Below, in pieces: positions 1 through 11,041 of a stretch of DNA of 64,000 nucleotides; position 1 is the first letter of the stretch, and every line of letters begins with the position of its first letter. The DNA comes from Eledone cirrhosa. Its lineage: Eukaryota. A program made the translations under genes and the position numbers. Location of the stretch: positions 262,942,001-263,006,000 of the forward strand of contig OZ024742.1 in assembly GCA_964016885.1 (NCBI GenBank), written 5' to 3'. A model generated the notes under the pieces. It was not told the origin of the DNA. It was given only the letters and a program-made list of their open reading frames with translations, and searched no databases.

Positions 1-161
1 ATTAATACCTAGTATATCTATATATAGTTTGTACAAATATCTTTATCTAGTATAATAACATAATCGTAGTTACATTTGTATAAAACTAATAACAATGATT
101 ATAATTATTATTCTTTATTAAATGTATACCATTTCATTAATACCTAGTATATCTATATATA

Positions 162-690
162 GAGTAATAGAGAAGACCCGCCTTACCTAAATACAAAGTA
201 AAACCTACTACAGTCAGTAGGCATCTCTAACAAAATACACCCCCGTCCCACCACCCCCACCCCATCCACACCGCCCCTTTCAATGTAAAGTTATGTTGGT
301 GCCACAAAATCCAGGCCGAAACAAATGAGATCGTGTAGGTGTCACGACAAAAAAACACACAGTCCACGCTGTAATGTGACCATGTAGGCAACACGGTAAA
401 AACCTCCCAGTCCCACACTGTAAATGTGGTTGGTGTTAGGAAGGGCATCCAGCTGTAGAAAACCCGCCAGACAGTCCACGCTGTAATGTGGCCGTGTAGG
501 CAACACGGTAAAAATCTCCCAGCCCCACACTGTAAATGTGGTTGGTGTTAGGAAGGGCATCCAACTGTAGAAAACCCGCCAGACAGTCCTATGCGAGCAA
601 GACAACCACTCTTGCCTCAAGTGGGAAAACTCCCGTCCAAACCCATGCAAGCATGGAACATGGACGTTAAACGATGATGATGATGATGAT
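162..690 (+). mobile_element. RTE-clade LINE (family A), 3' end only
   Basis: Last codons (VIEKTRLT*) and 3' UTR match the copies at 2341-3878 and 45238-46843; ends in a (GAT)n tail. Confidence 0.85.
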
Positions 691-1569
691 ATAGTTTGTA
701 CAAATATCTTTATCTAGGGTAATAACATAATCGTAGTTACATTTATATAAATAATTTAAACATTCTAATGACATTATTACAATATATGAACAAATAATAA
801 ACTATAGTCTTGCTATATTAAGATCAATACACACATATATATGGCTGAAAACTCTGACTTCTTTAAGTTTAATTATAAGACCAGTTAATACTTTAACAAT
901 AAATATTTAACAATAAATTCCTTAATAGTTATAACAGTAAATATCTCATAAATTATATTATAGAAACTGTTGTCAATATTATAAGTAATTTTTGGTAAAG
1001 ATTACCTTTTGGGGGGATATCGAATATTATATGTATATTTTATTTCTTTTGCGGGTTTCGTAAATCCTTTAAATTTGTCTTCATAAAATTTGAATTTTAG
1101 AAATTTAACATAATTATATTATAATATTAATACAAATACCCATCAACTTTTAAAACCTAAGATTTGATTCTTTACCCTGAAATAACATAAATTAAATATT
1201 TTGAAAATTAACCGCCAACCCTATATGAATGTTTGTATAAACTTGAGTATTACTTCCCTTTGTCTCTCTCTCTCTTTAATTACCTTTCATTTGCCTTCTC
1301 AGGCTAAATACAAAATAAGTTATAACATCAGATACGTCTCCCTCTATGCCTTCTTCTCCCGCTTATTTCTATAGTATTTTTTTCTCTAACTGTTATATTG
1401 ATGTCATGTATTTCTTAAAATATATTACTCACACTCTCTCTATTGATTCTATTACGTTCTCTCATGTTCTCAATATTAGAGTATAAATATTGAGTTTTCT
1501 CATAAACTAATCACTACCTTGATTAAATCTTAACCATCTACCATGTCAGGGTATGTCATGTATCATTTT

Positions 1570-1634
1570 ATTTTATCTGATGAGGACGTACTGTTGAACT
1601 TAATTTAGTACCTCTGAAATATGTATAATAAAAT
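1570..1634 (+). ncRNA. Minimal type I hammerhead ribozyme, probably in a decayed PLE 3' end
   Basis: AUUUUAU-CUGAUGA, 10-bp stem II with one mismatch (1584-1593/1606-1615), GAAA, quasi-palindromic AUAUGUAU, cleavage triplet AUA, then AUAAAAU closing a 7-bp stem I. Confidence 0.7.
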
Positions 1635-1774
1635 TTAATTGATCAAAAGAATATCTGTTTTGTAAATATTTGGAATTAATATTAATTAACTCTGGAAAAT
1701 ATTTTTCTGTAGAGTGCTTCCTATCTATTGTAAAACTCATTCTTTGATGTACTCATTGAATCTTGTTTAACTCT

Positions 1775-1778
<4 letters not shown>

Positions 1779-1817
<39 letters not shown>

Positions 1818-2029
1818 GCAGACATGCACATATATATATATATACACACATATATATATATACACACATATATATATACACACATATATACACATATCTA
1901 TATATATACACACATATATACACATATACATATATATACACATATAAACACATATATATATACATATATGTATATATATATATACATATACACACATATA
2001 TACACATATACACACATATATACACATAT

Positions 2030-2092
<63 letters not shown>

Positions 2093-2113
2093 CACACACA
2101 CATACATACATAC

Positions 2114-2162
<49 letters not shown>

Positions 2163-2185
2163 GTGTGTGTGTGTATACATATATA

Positions 2186-2230
<45 letters not shown>
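1779..2230. repeat. (TA)n/(CA)n compound microsatellite
   Basis: Seen directly. Confidence 0.95.
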
Positions 2231-2340
2231 ATCATCATCATCATCATTTTACGTCTGCTTTTCCCTGCTTGCAAGGGTGGGACGGGTCTTATTCAGCACA
2301 GCATCTCTCCACTCGTCACGGTCCTTCGTCATCTCCACCG
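2231..2340 (-). mobile_element. 3' end of a different RTE subfamily (family C), inverted
   Basis: Minus strand reads [24 protein letters not shown] followed by (GAT)n; the same end occurs at 20313-20365 on +. Confidence 0.7.
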
Positions 2341-3878
2341 TGGCTTGTGAGAGCTATACAAGCCATATATAAAGAAACAGTCAGCAAGGTTAGAATTAAC
2401 AACGAATATAGTGAAGAGTTTAGCGTAAAAGTTGGTGTTCATCAGGGCTCCGTTCTTAGCCCCCTACTATTTATTATTGACCTTCAGGCTATAACAGTGG
2501 AGTTCAAGACAGGCTGCCCATGGGAACTCCTATACGCAGATGATCTAACGCTCATAGCTGAATCAATGGCCGAACTAGAGAAGAAATTCCAAACATGGAA
2601 GCACGGCCTAGAATCAAAAGGCCTTAAAATTAACCTGGCTAAGACTAAAGTTCTAGTTTGTAGGAAGGAAAATAGGGTGCCGGTCCCATCCGGGAAATGG
2701 CCATGTTCAGTGTGTAGGAAAGGCGTAGGTAGAAACTCCATTTTATGTCCCAAATGCAAAGTATGGGTGCATAAAAGATGTAGTGGGATCACAGGTAAGC
2801 TAACTAAGAACATAGATTTTACATGTGGCCGGTGCTCTGGTGCAATAAGTAGCAGCAAGTGCCAACAAAATACTAGCTCCTTCAATTGCACAGAGGGTTC
2901 TATAGAAATAGTGGACAGCTTCAGTTACCTGGGTGACAAAATCAGCAGTAGGGGAGGGTGCTCTGAAAGTACAGTAGCTAGAGTCAGAACTGGATGGAAA
3001 AAGTTCAGAGAGCTTATACCACTATTAGCCGCTAAAGGGTTCTCCCTAAAAGTGAAAGGCAGGTTGTATGATGCCTGCATACGAACAGCAATGTTGCATG
3101 GCAGTGAGACCTGGGCATTGTGTGCAGAGGATATACGCAGACTACAGAGGAACGAAGCTTGCATGCTCCGCTGGATGTGTAATAGTAATATACGTGAACG
3201 GCAAAGCATTAACGAACTAAGGGAAAAATTAGAAATAAGAGGGATCAGATGTTTACTCGAGAGAAGGCTACGTTGGTATGGTCACGTGATGCGCATGAAA
3301 GACGACAGCTGTATAAAAAAGTGCAGGGCAATAAAGATAGACGGTAGCCACGGAGTAGGCAGACCCAGAAAAACCTGGGACGACTTGATAAATTCCGACC
3401 TCACACACCTACACCTCTCCAAGACAATGTCACTGGACCGAGATCTTTGGCGGTACTCAGTAATAGAGAAGACCTGCTTTACCTAAATACAAAGTAAAAC
3501 CTACTACAGTCAGTAGGCACCTCAAACAAAATACACCCCCGTCCCCCTACCCCCACCCCATCCACACCGCCCCTTTCAATGTAAAGTTATGTTGGTACCA
3601 CAACATCCAGGCCGAAACAAATGAGGTCGTGTAGGTGTCACGACAAAAAAACACACAGTCCACGCTGTAATGTGGCCCTGTAGGTAACAATGGTAAAAAC
3701 CTCCCAGTTCCACACTGTAAATGTGGTTGGTGTTAGGAAGGGCATCCAGCCGTAGAAAACCCGCCAGACAGTCCTATGCAAGCAAGACAATCACTCTTGC
3801 CTCATGTGGGAAAACTCCCGTCCAAACCCATGCAAGCGTGGAATATAGACGTTAAATGATGATGATGATGATGATGAT
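2341..3878 (+). mobile_element. 5'-truncated RTE-clade LINE (family A): RT C-terminal half with PHD-like insert, thumb, 3' UTR
   Basis: GVHQGSVLSPLLF, YADD, FSYLG, RRLRWYGHV, GRPRKTW motifs; stop at 3486; (GAT)n tail. Confidence 0.92.
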
Positions 3879-3895
3879 ATATATACAGATATACA

Positions 3896-3930
<35 letters not shown>

Positions 3931-3933
<3 letters not shown>

Positions 3934-4167
3934 ATCATCATCATCATCATCAGGTTTAGCGTCCGTGTTCCACGCTTGCATGGGTTTGGACGGGGGTTTT
4001 CCCACTTGAGGCAAGAGTGGTTGTCTTGCTCGCATAGGACTGTCTGGCGGGTTTTCTACAGTTGGATGCCCTTCCTAACACCAACCACGTTTACAGTGTG
4101 GGGCTGGGAGGTTTTTACCGTGTTGCCTACACGGCCACATTACAGCGTGGACTGTCTGGCGGGTTTT
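3931..4167 (-). mobile_element. RTE family A 3' UTR fragment
   Basis: Reverse complement of the family A 3' UTR with (ATC)n. Confidence 0.85.
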
Positions 4168-4243
4168 ATATATATATACATATACATATATATACATATA
4201 TATATACATATATATACATATACATATATACATATATATACAT

Positions 4244-4312
<69 letters not shown>

Positions 4313-4318
4313 CACATA

Positions 4319-4358
<40 letters not shown>

Positions 4359-4387
4359 CATATATATATACATATATATATATATAC

Positions 4388-4439
<52 letters not shown>

Positions 4440-4823
4440 ATACATATACATATATATATACAATAGATACATATATATATATACATATATATATATATAC
4501 ATATATATATACAATAGATACATATATATATACATATATATACATATATATACATATATATACATATATATATACATATATATATACATATATATACATA
4601 TATATATACATATATATATACATATATATATACATATATATATATATACATATATATATACATATATATATACATATATATATATACATATATATACATA
4701 TATATATACATATATATACATATATATATACATATATATACATATATATATACATATATGTATATACATATATATACATATATATATACATATATATACA
4801 TATATATATATACATATATATAC

Positions 4824-4858
<35 letters not shown>

Positions 4859-4997
4859 CATATATATACATATATATATACATATATATATACATATATA
4901 TATACATATATATATACATATATATATACATATATATACATATATATATATATACATATATATATATACATATATATATATACATATATATATATAC

Positions 4998-5056
<59 letters not shown>

Positions 5057-5225
5057 TATATACATATATATATACATATATATATACATATACATATATA
5101 CATATATACATATATACATATATACATATATACATATACATATATACATATACATATATATACATATATACATATATACATATATATACATATATACATA
5201 TATATATATATATACATATATATAC

Positions 5226-5304
<79 letters not shown>

Positions 5305-5356
5305 TATACATACATATATATATACATACATACATATATACATACATATATATACA
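4168..5356. repeat. About 1.2 kb (TA)n microsatellite with periodic CA interruptions
   Basis: Seen directly. Confidence 0.95.
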
Positions 5357-5773
5357 TGGTGGCTGCCAACTCGTTTTCGAGTACGGCCACTACTTTATAT
5401 CTATGTAGGAGAACCCCTACAGATGCACTGAACGAGTGCGACTTTTTAGTCCAGCTAGCGACTTGAAAACTGGTACAAACACTACACTTGTGACAATTAT
5501 TGACACATAGTGCTGGGCCCATGGTACCATGTGATGACAAGTGCAGAGAGATCTCCAGATATAAAGCAATGCCTGTGCCGTGAAGCTTTTATAGTGAGCA
5601 AAGGCACTGCACAAAGCAGTCCCACTCTCTTAACCAAGATGATATTTACCAAAAAGAAGAACAAGTCAACATCATTGGATACCATCAGAGTTGCAGGTGT
5701 TATATCAGAGTTTTCCTTCTCCTAGAATTCTGCCTTGACAAAGGCTAAGGGGTCATCTCTCTCGGGGGGTCAT
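5357..5773 (-). mobile_element. Non-coding interspersed repeat with an RTE 5'-UTR-like motif (partial copy of 23859-24450)
   Basis: Reverse complement matches 24060-24450, including CTAGGAGAAGGAAAACTCTG. Confidence 0.7.
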
Positions 5774-5965
5774 ACATATATACATACACACATACATACA
5801 CATACACACACACATATACACACACACATACATTAATAACAATAATAATAATAATAATAATAATAATAGCAATAATAACGACAACAACAATAATAATATA
5901 CATATTCATATATATATACACACACACACACGCACATAAGCATATCTACACACACACACACACAC

Positions 5966-7093
5966 ACGATAGCAACTAACAGTGCTGCGATCGAATGTGG
6001 CTTTTTAGCCCAGCGAATGATCTAAAATGTCTTGCACAGAGTCGGCAACCAAAACATTCACTGGGAATAGTCGGCTGTGGTTGGAGTTTGTGTACTTTTG
6101 CATGTCGCTTGAGCCCTCCTGCTGATTTACATTCTCTACCACATGTTTGGCAAGCATGATGAGTAGCATCTCCAACAGCAGCCTGGTAGTCAACCACTGG
6201 TCTTACTTTATGACTGCGAAGATGACTTTCGAGTCCAGCTTTGCTTAGGCAGAGTCTTGCTCAGACGCTGCATGTCAGCACCATAGGAGGACCCTCGCCG
6301 TCTGGAAGTGCAACAGCAATGCCCTTCCTCACATCCCGCTTTACTTTCTCGTGTGCGATTTGAGATGCCTCAAAGGCAACTTTTCCCTCATATACAGTCT
6401 TTCTCCATTTATTATGATCAGCAGCAATATTTTCCCATGTATCAGCAGAGATGTTAGCGTCTTTCAGAGAGGCTTTCAAGGAATCCTTATACCTCTTTTT
6501 TGGTTTATGTGGCGGTCGTTTTCCTTTAACCAACTCTCCATAGAAGAGTTGTTTTGGTATTCTAGAATCCTTCATCCTGGCAAGGTGGCCACTCCAACGG
6601 AGTCGTTGCTTAAGCACAAGAGCTTCTATACTGTCACACATAGAGCTTTCCAAAATCTCGACACCACTGATGTGGTCCCTCCAGTGAACGCCATGGATCC
6701 GTCTGAGATACATCTGATGGAAACACTCCAATTGCTTAAGGTGGTGTCGTAATGTGACCCAGGTCTCGCAGGCATAAAGAAGACAAGAGAGCACACATGC
6801 CCTGTACACCTTTACCTTTGTCCTCCTGCATATGTCTCGCCGACCCCAGAGTCGCCTTTCTAGCTTTCCGAAGGCATCACTTGCTTTCCTAATCCTAAGT
6901 GAGATTTCACTGTCAAGGTTGCCGTATCGATTGACAGTGCTTCCCAAATAGACAAACTGATCAACCACTCCAAGTCGTTTGCCATACACATAGATGTTTG
7001 GTTCAGTGTACTGCTTACTAGGGGCAGGTTGGTACATGACGACGGTTTTCTTGAGACTGACAGTCAAACCCAGGGCAGTGCAAGCGTCAGAAA
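5966..7093 (-). mobile_element. RTE-BovB-like LINE 3' fragment with three C-terminal C2H2 zinc fingers
   Basis: [40 protein letters not shown]; one in-frame TGA at 6261-6263; the frame continues to the stop at 5976. Confidence 0.88.
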
Positions 7094-7097
7094 ATAC

Positions 7098-7128
<31 letters not shown>

Positions 7129-7145
7129 CATATATATACATATAC

Positions 7146-7186
<41 letters not shown>

Positions 7187-7212
7187 TACACATATACATA
7201 TATACATATATA

Positions 7213-7653
7213 TACCCCACCCCACACACACCTCTTCCTGAACATGCAACCCCGTTCTTCCCCCAACTCTTACTTTTACATACACACACACACACATGTA
7301 CACCTACACACACACACCACCTTCAGCCCTCCCCGCTCAGACACCCCACCTCCCTCTCCCCACTCCACCCGCCACCACCCCTACACGCCCCACACCTGTT
7401 TTACTTGTTTATTTTTTTTTTATGCTTTTATATTTAATTTCATTTGTACCGTTTCTTCTCACCCCCTTTTTTCTATATGTCTCTCCACCACTCCCCTACA
7501 CACCCTTGGAACTCTCTTCCCACACACTTTTCACCTGAAGAAGGGCTTATGCCCGAAACGTCGTTCCCCACCACCTCCCCACTCTCAAGAGCATGAAACT
7601 AATAAACCTTTGTTCGTACTGCCTCTCTGTTTTGTTCCCGTTCAATTTTTTAC
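7213..7653 (+). mobile_element. Probable PLE 3'-end remnant with an HHR-variant motif at 7531-7570
   Basis: CUGAAGA-A-GGGC-UUAU-GCCC-GAAACGUC, downstream AATAAA, (TA)n on both sides. Confidence 0.55.
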
Positions 7654-7889
7654 TATATATATATATATATATATATCGTTTCTGAATTTGTTTAGCAAGA
7701 TTCTTTATCTGAAATCGTGTGTTGAAACCGATATTGTTATACTTTGGGAGGGTCATGTTGCCAATAAGAAATACACGCACCAGTTGCTTTCACTTCAATT
7801 TAATTTAATATATATTTATAAATTTACAAATTTATAAATTTCTGGTTGGTTGGTTGGTTCCACAACCAGATAGTTGTTTATATATATAT

Positions 7890-7934
7890 AGTCATAGTTC
7901 TTTCGTCACACACTCTGTGACCTCTTCAGTGACT
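7890..7934 (-). ncRNA. Type I hammerhead motif in the inverted pseudo-LTR
   Basis: Reverse complement of 10888-10932. Confidence 0.8.
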
Positions 7935-8230
7935 GGGGATTTCTTTCTTCGTTTCTGTGCCTTTCCTTTCTTCTATCCTACGCCATTTTGTTTGTGTGTG
8001 GGTTGCGTGCTCAGTTTGCGCATGCGCCACATCCGGGTGTCTGTGTGTGTTTGTGTTCATTTTTCTATTTTTCTATTTATATTTGTTTGTTTATTTATTT
8101 ATTTATTGTTGGTTGGTTGTTTGTTCTATGTGTGTGTGTGTTTTCATTTTGTCTTGTGTGTGTTTTCATTTTGTGTGTGTTTTCAATTGTAAGTTGTTTA
8201 TATATGTGTGTGTGTGTTTTCATTTTGTCC

Positions 8231-9114
8231 TTAATTGTAAGTTGTGATGTTGCTGTTCCACTCATATTTTCTATTTAATTTTGGTTTTAATTCTTTTATG
8301 CTTACTGCCTCTGTAATTTGCCTAAACATTGCGTCTTTCTTGTGTGTGGATTCTATTTTTATTTCTATGCTCTCTAATTTACCCCTGTGTTCTATCTTAG
8401 CATGTTGGTAGAGCACAGATGATTCTTTACTATCTTGGAGGTCTCGCCAGTGTTCATTTATTCGTTCCCCTATACTACGAGCTGTCTCACCTATGTACAC
8501 TATATTTTTGTTTCTACATTGTCCCTCAGTACATCTTATGCTATATACTACATTTCTAGTTTTACAGTTAATATGGGGGCTTATTTTACAGGTTATACAT
8601 TTCTTATCTATACATGAGGGTCTTTGGAACGGGTATGTCTTGCTAATAAGTGTTTTTACGGAGGTACCAGGTCTTTCTACTATCTTAATATTGAGATTAT
8701 GTTTCTTTAGGGCCCTTCTAAATTTGTAGGCTAGTTCACCTCTAGGGGTTGTATTGATGAACATTACACTCTGGTATTTATTGCTATCATACCATGAGTT
8801 TATTCTATTGGCCTTGTTCTTAGTTCTTTCTATTCTATTCCAAAATTTGCTCCTATACAAGGGGCAGGTCCCATTTATGTCATTATTTACCATTTTTTCC
8901 CATTTGGTTCTGGCTCCTTTATACACTCTGATTCTATCTCTCTGATTGTAGCCAGAGAACTGCATACGGTGGATGAAGTGTTGTATGTGTCTCTCTAGTT
9001 CTTTGGGGTTGCACATGCGGGACACATTTCTCATCACCCGTACCAAATCCGCAATCAGTATGTTGATTTTGGTATGGTCCGAAATGGCCGAGTTTCGGTG
9101 GATCAGATGTTTGG
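8231..9114 (-). pseudogene. Inverted copy of the PLE ORF 3' part (thumb and GIY-YIG)
   Basis: Translation identical to the C-terminus of the 11042-14872 ORF. Confidence 0.9.
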
Positions 9115-10591
9115 CCCTACAAGACCAGCAAGAGGCAGACCACCTACCATTACCTCAATGGCCAAGAAAACCCACACAGATAGATGGAACGGGTGGACCA
9201 GAGCCATACGGACACCCGAAAACCACGATGAACTGAAGAAAATGATTGCACATGCGGTAGGGGCCAGCATAAAATTAACCCTTAAGGAACATATGTTCAA
9301 ATTTAATGGTAAAACATATGCCCAAGAGGAAGGAGCAGCCATTGGTGTTAGCATTGCAGGCGACATAGCTAACTTGTTCATGGTATGGTGGGACAGTAGA
9401 CTTAAACAAAAACTTAAAGAACAATTAGAAGACAGATTAACCCTGATAATGTACTCCCGCTACGTAGATGATATAAACATCGTAGTTAAGACACCCCCAC
9501 TAAAGAACAGTCAGGAACCTGAGAAAAACACAATGGAAAGCATCCAGCAAATAGCAAACTCCATCCACCAGAGCATTAGAGTTACTATAGACTACCCAAG
9601 TAGACACCCCAACCATCGATTACCTGTACTAGACACAGAGCTCTGGTTAGATACTATTAACAACCAAAAACAAATCCTCCATTCCCATTATGCCAAACCC
9701 ATGACTTCCAAACATCTGATCCACCGAAACTCGGCCATTTCGGACCATACCAAAATCAACATACTGATTGCGGATTTGGTACGGGTGATGAGAAATGTGT
9801 CCCGCATGTGCAACCCCAAAGAACTAGAGAGACACATACAACACTTCATCCACCGTATGCAGTTCTCTGGCTACAATCAGAGAGATAGAATCAGAGTGTA
9901 TAAAGGAGCCAGAACCAAATGGGAAAAAATGGTAAATAATGACATAAATGGGACCTGCCCCTTGTATAGGAGCAAATTTTGGAATAGAATAGAAAGAACT
10001 AAGAACAAGGCCAATAGAATAAACTCATGGTATGATAGCAATAAATACCAGAGTGTAATGTTCATCAATACAACCCCTAGAGGTGAACTAGCCTACAAAT
10101 TTAGAAGGGCCCTAAAGAAACATAATCTCAATATTAAGATAGTAGAAAGACCTGGTACCTCCGTAAAAACACTTATTAGCAAGACATACCCGTTCCAAAG
10201 ACCCTCATGTATAGATAAGAAATGTATAACCTGTAAAATAAGCCCCCATATTAACTGTAAAACTAGAAATGTAGTATATAGCATAAGATGTACTGAGGGA
10301 CAATGTAGAAACAAAAATATAGTGTACATAGGTGAGACAGCTCGTAGTATAGGGGAACGAATAAATGAACACTGGCGAGACCTCCAAGATAGTAAAGAAT
10401 CATCTGTGCTCTACCAACATGCTAAGATAGAACACAGGGGTAAATTAGAGAGCATAGAAATAAAAATAGAATCCACACACAAGAAAGACGCAATGTTTAG
10501 GCAAATTACAGAGGCAGTAAGCATAAAAGAATTAAAACCAAAATTAAATAGAAAATATGAGTGGAACAGCAACATCACAACTTACAATTAA
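9114..10591 (+). pseudogene. 5'-truncated tandem copy of the PLE ORF
   Basis: Translation identical to the C-terminal part of the 11042-14872 ORF. Confidence 0.9.
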
Positions 10592-10887
10592 GGACAAAAT
10601 GAAAACACACACACACATATATAAACAACTTACAATTGAAAACACACACAAAATGAAAACACACACAAGACAAAATGAAAACACACACACACATAGAACA
10701 AACAACCAACCAACAATAAATAAATAAATAAACAAACAAATATAAATAGAAAAATAGAAAAATGAACACAAACACACACAGACACCCGGATGTGGCGCAT
10801 GCGCAAACTGAGCACGCAACCCACACACAAACAAAATGGCGTAGGATAGAAGAAAGGAAAGGCACAGAAACGAAGAAAGAAATCCCC

Positions 10888-10932
10888 AGTCACTGAAGAG
10901 GTCACAGAGTGTGTGACGAAAGAACTATGACT
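10888..10932 (+). ncRNA. Type I hammerhead motif in the PLE pseudo-LTR
   Basis: AGUCA-CUGAAGA-G-GUCACA(GAGUG)UGUGAC-GAAA-GAAC-UA|UGACU. Confidence 0.8.
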
Positions 10933-11041
10933 ATATATATATAAACAACTATCTGGTTGTGGAACCAACCAACCAACCAGAAATTTATAAATTTGTAAAT
11001 TTATAAATATATATTAAATTAAATTGAAGTGAAAGCAACTG

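Noticed and set aside
3856-5540. Long Tyr/Ile/His/Met/Cys-rich ORFs here and at 1767-2372, 19221-20466, 46431-48619, 51975-55213
   Set aside because: Translations of (TA)n/CA microsatellites that happen to lack stop codons
9074-9113. Novel N-terminus (MVRNGRVSVDQMFG) on the 505-aa ORF
   Set aside because: Antisense sequence read across the inversion junction; a by-product of the rearrangement
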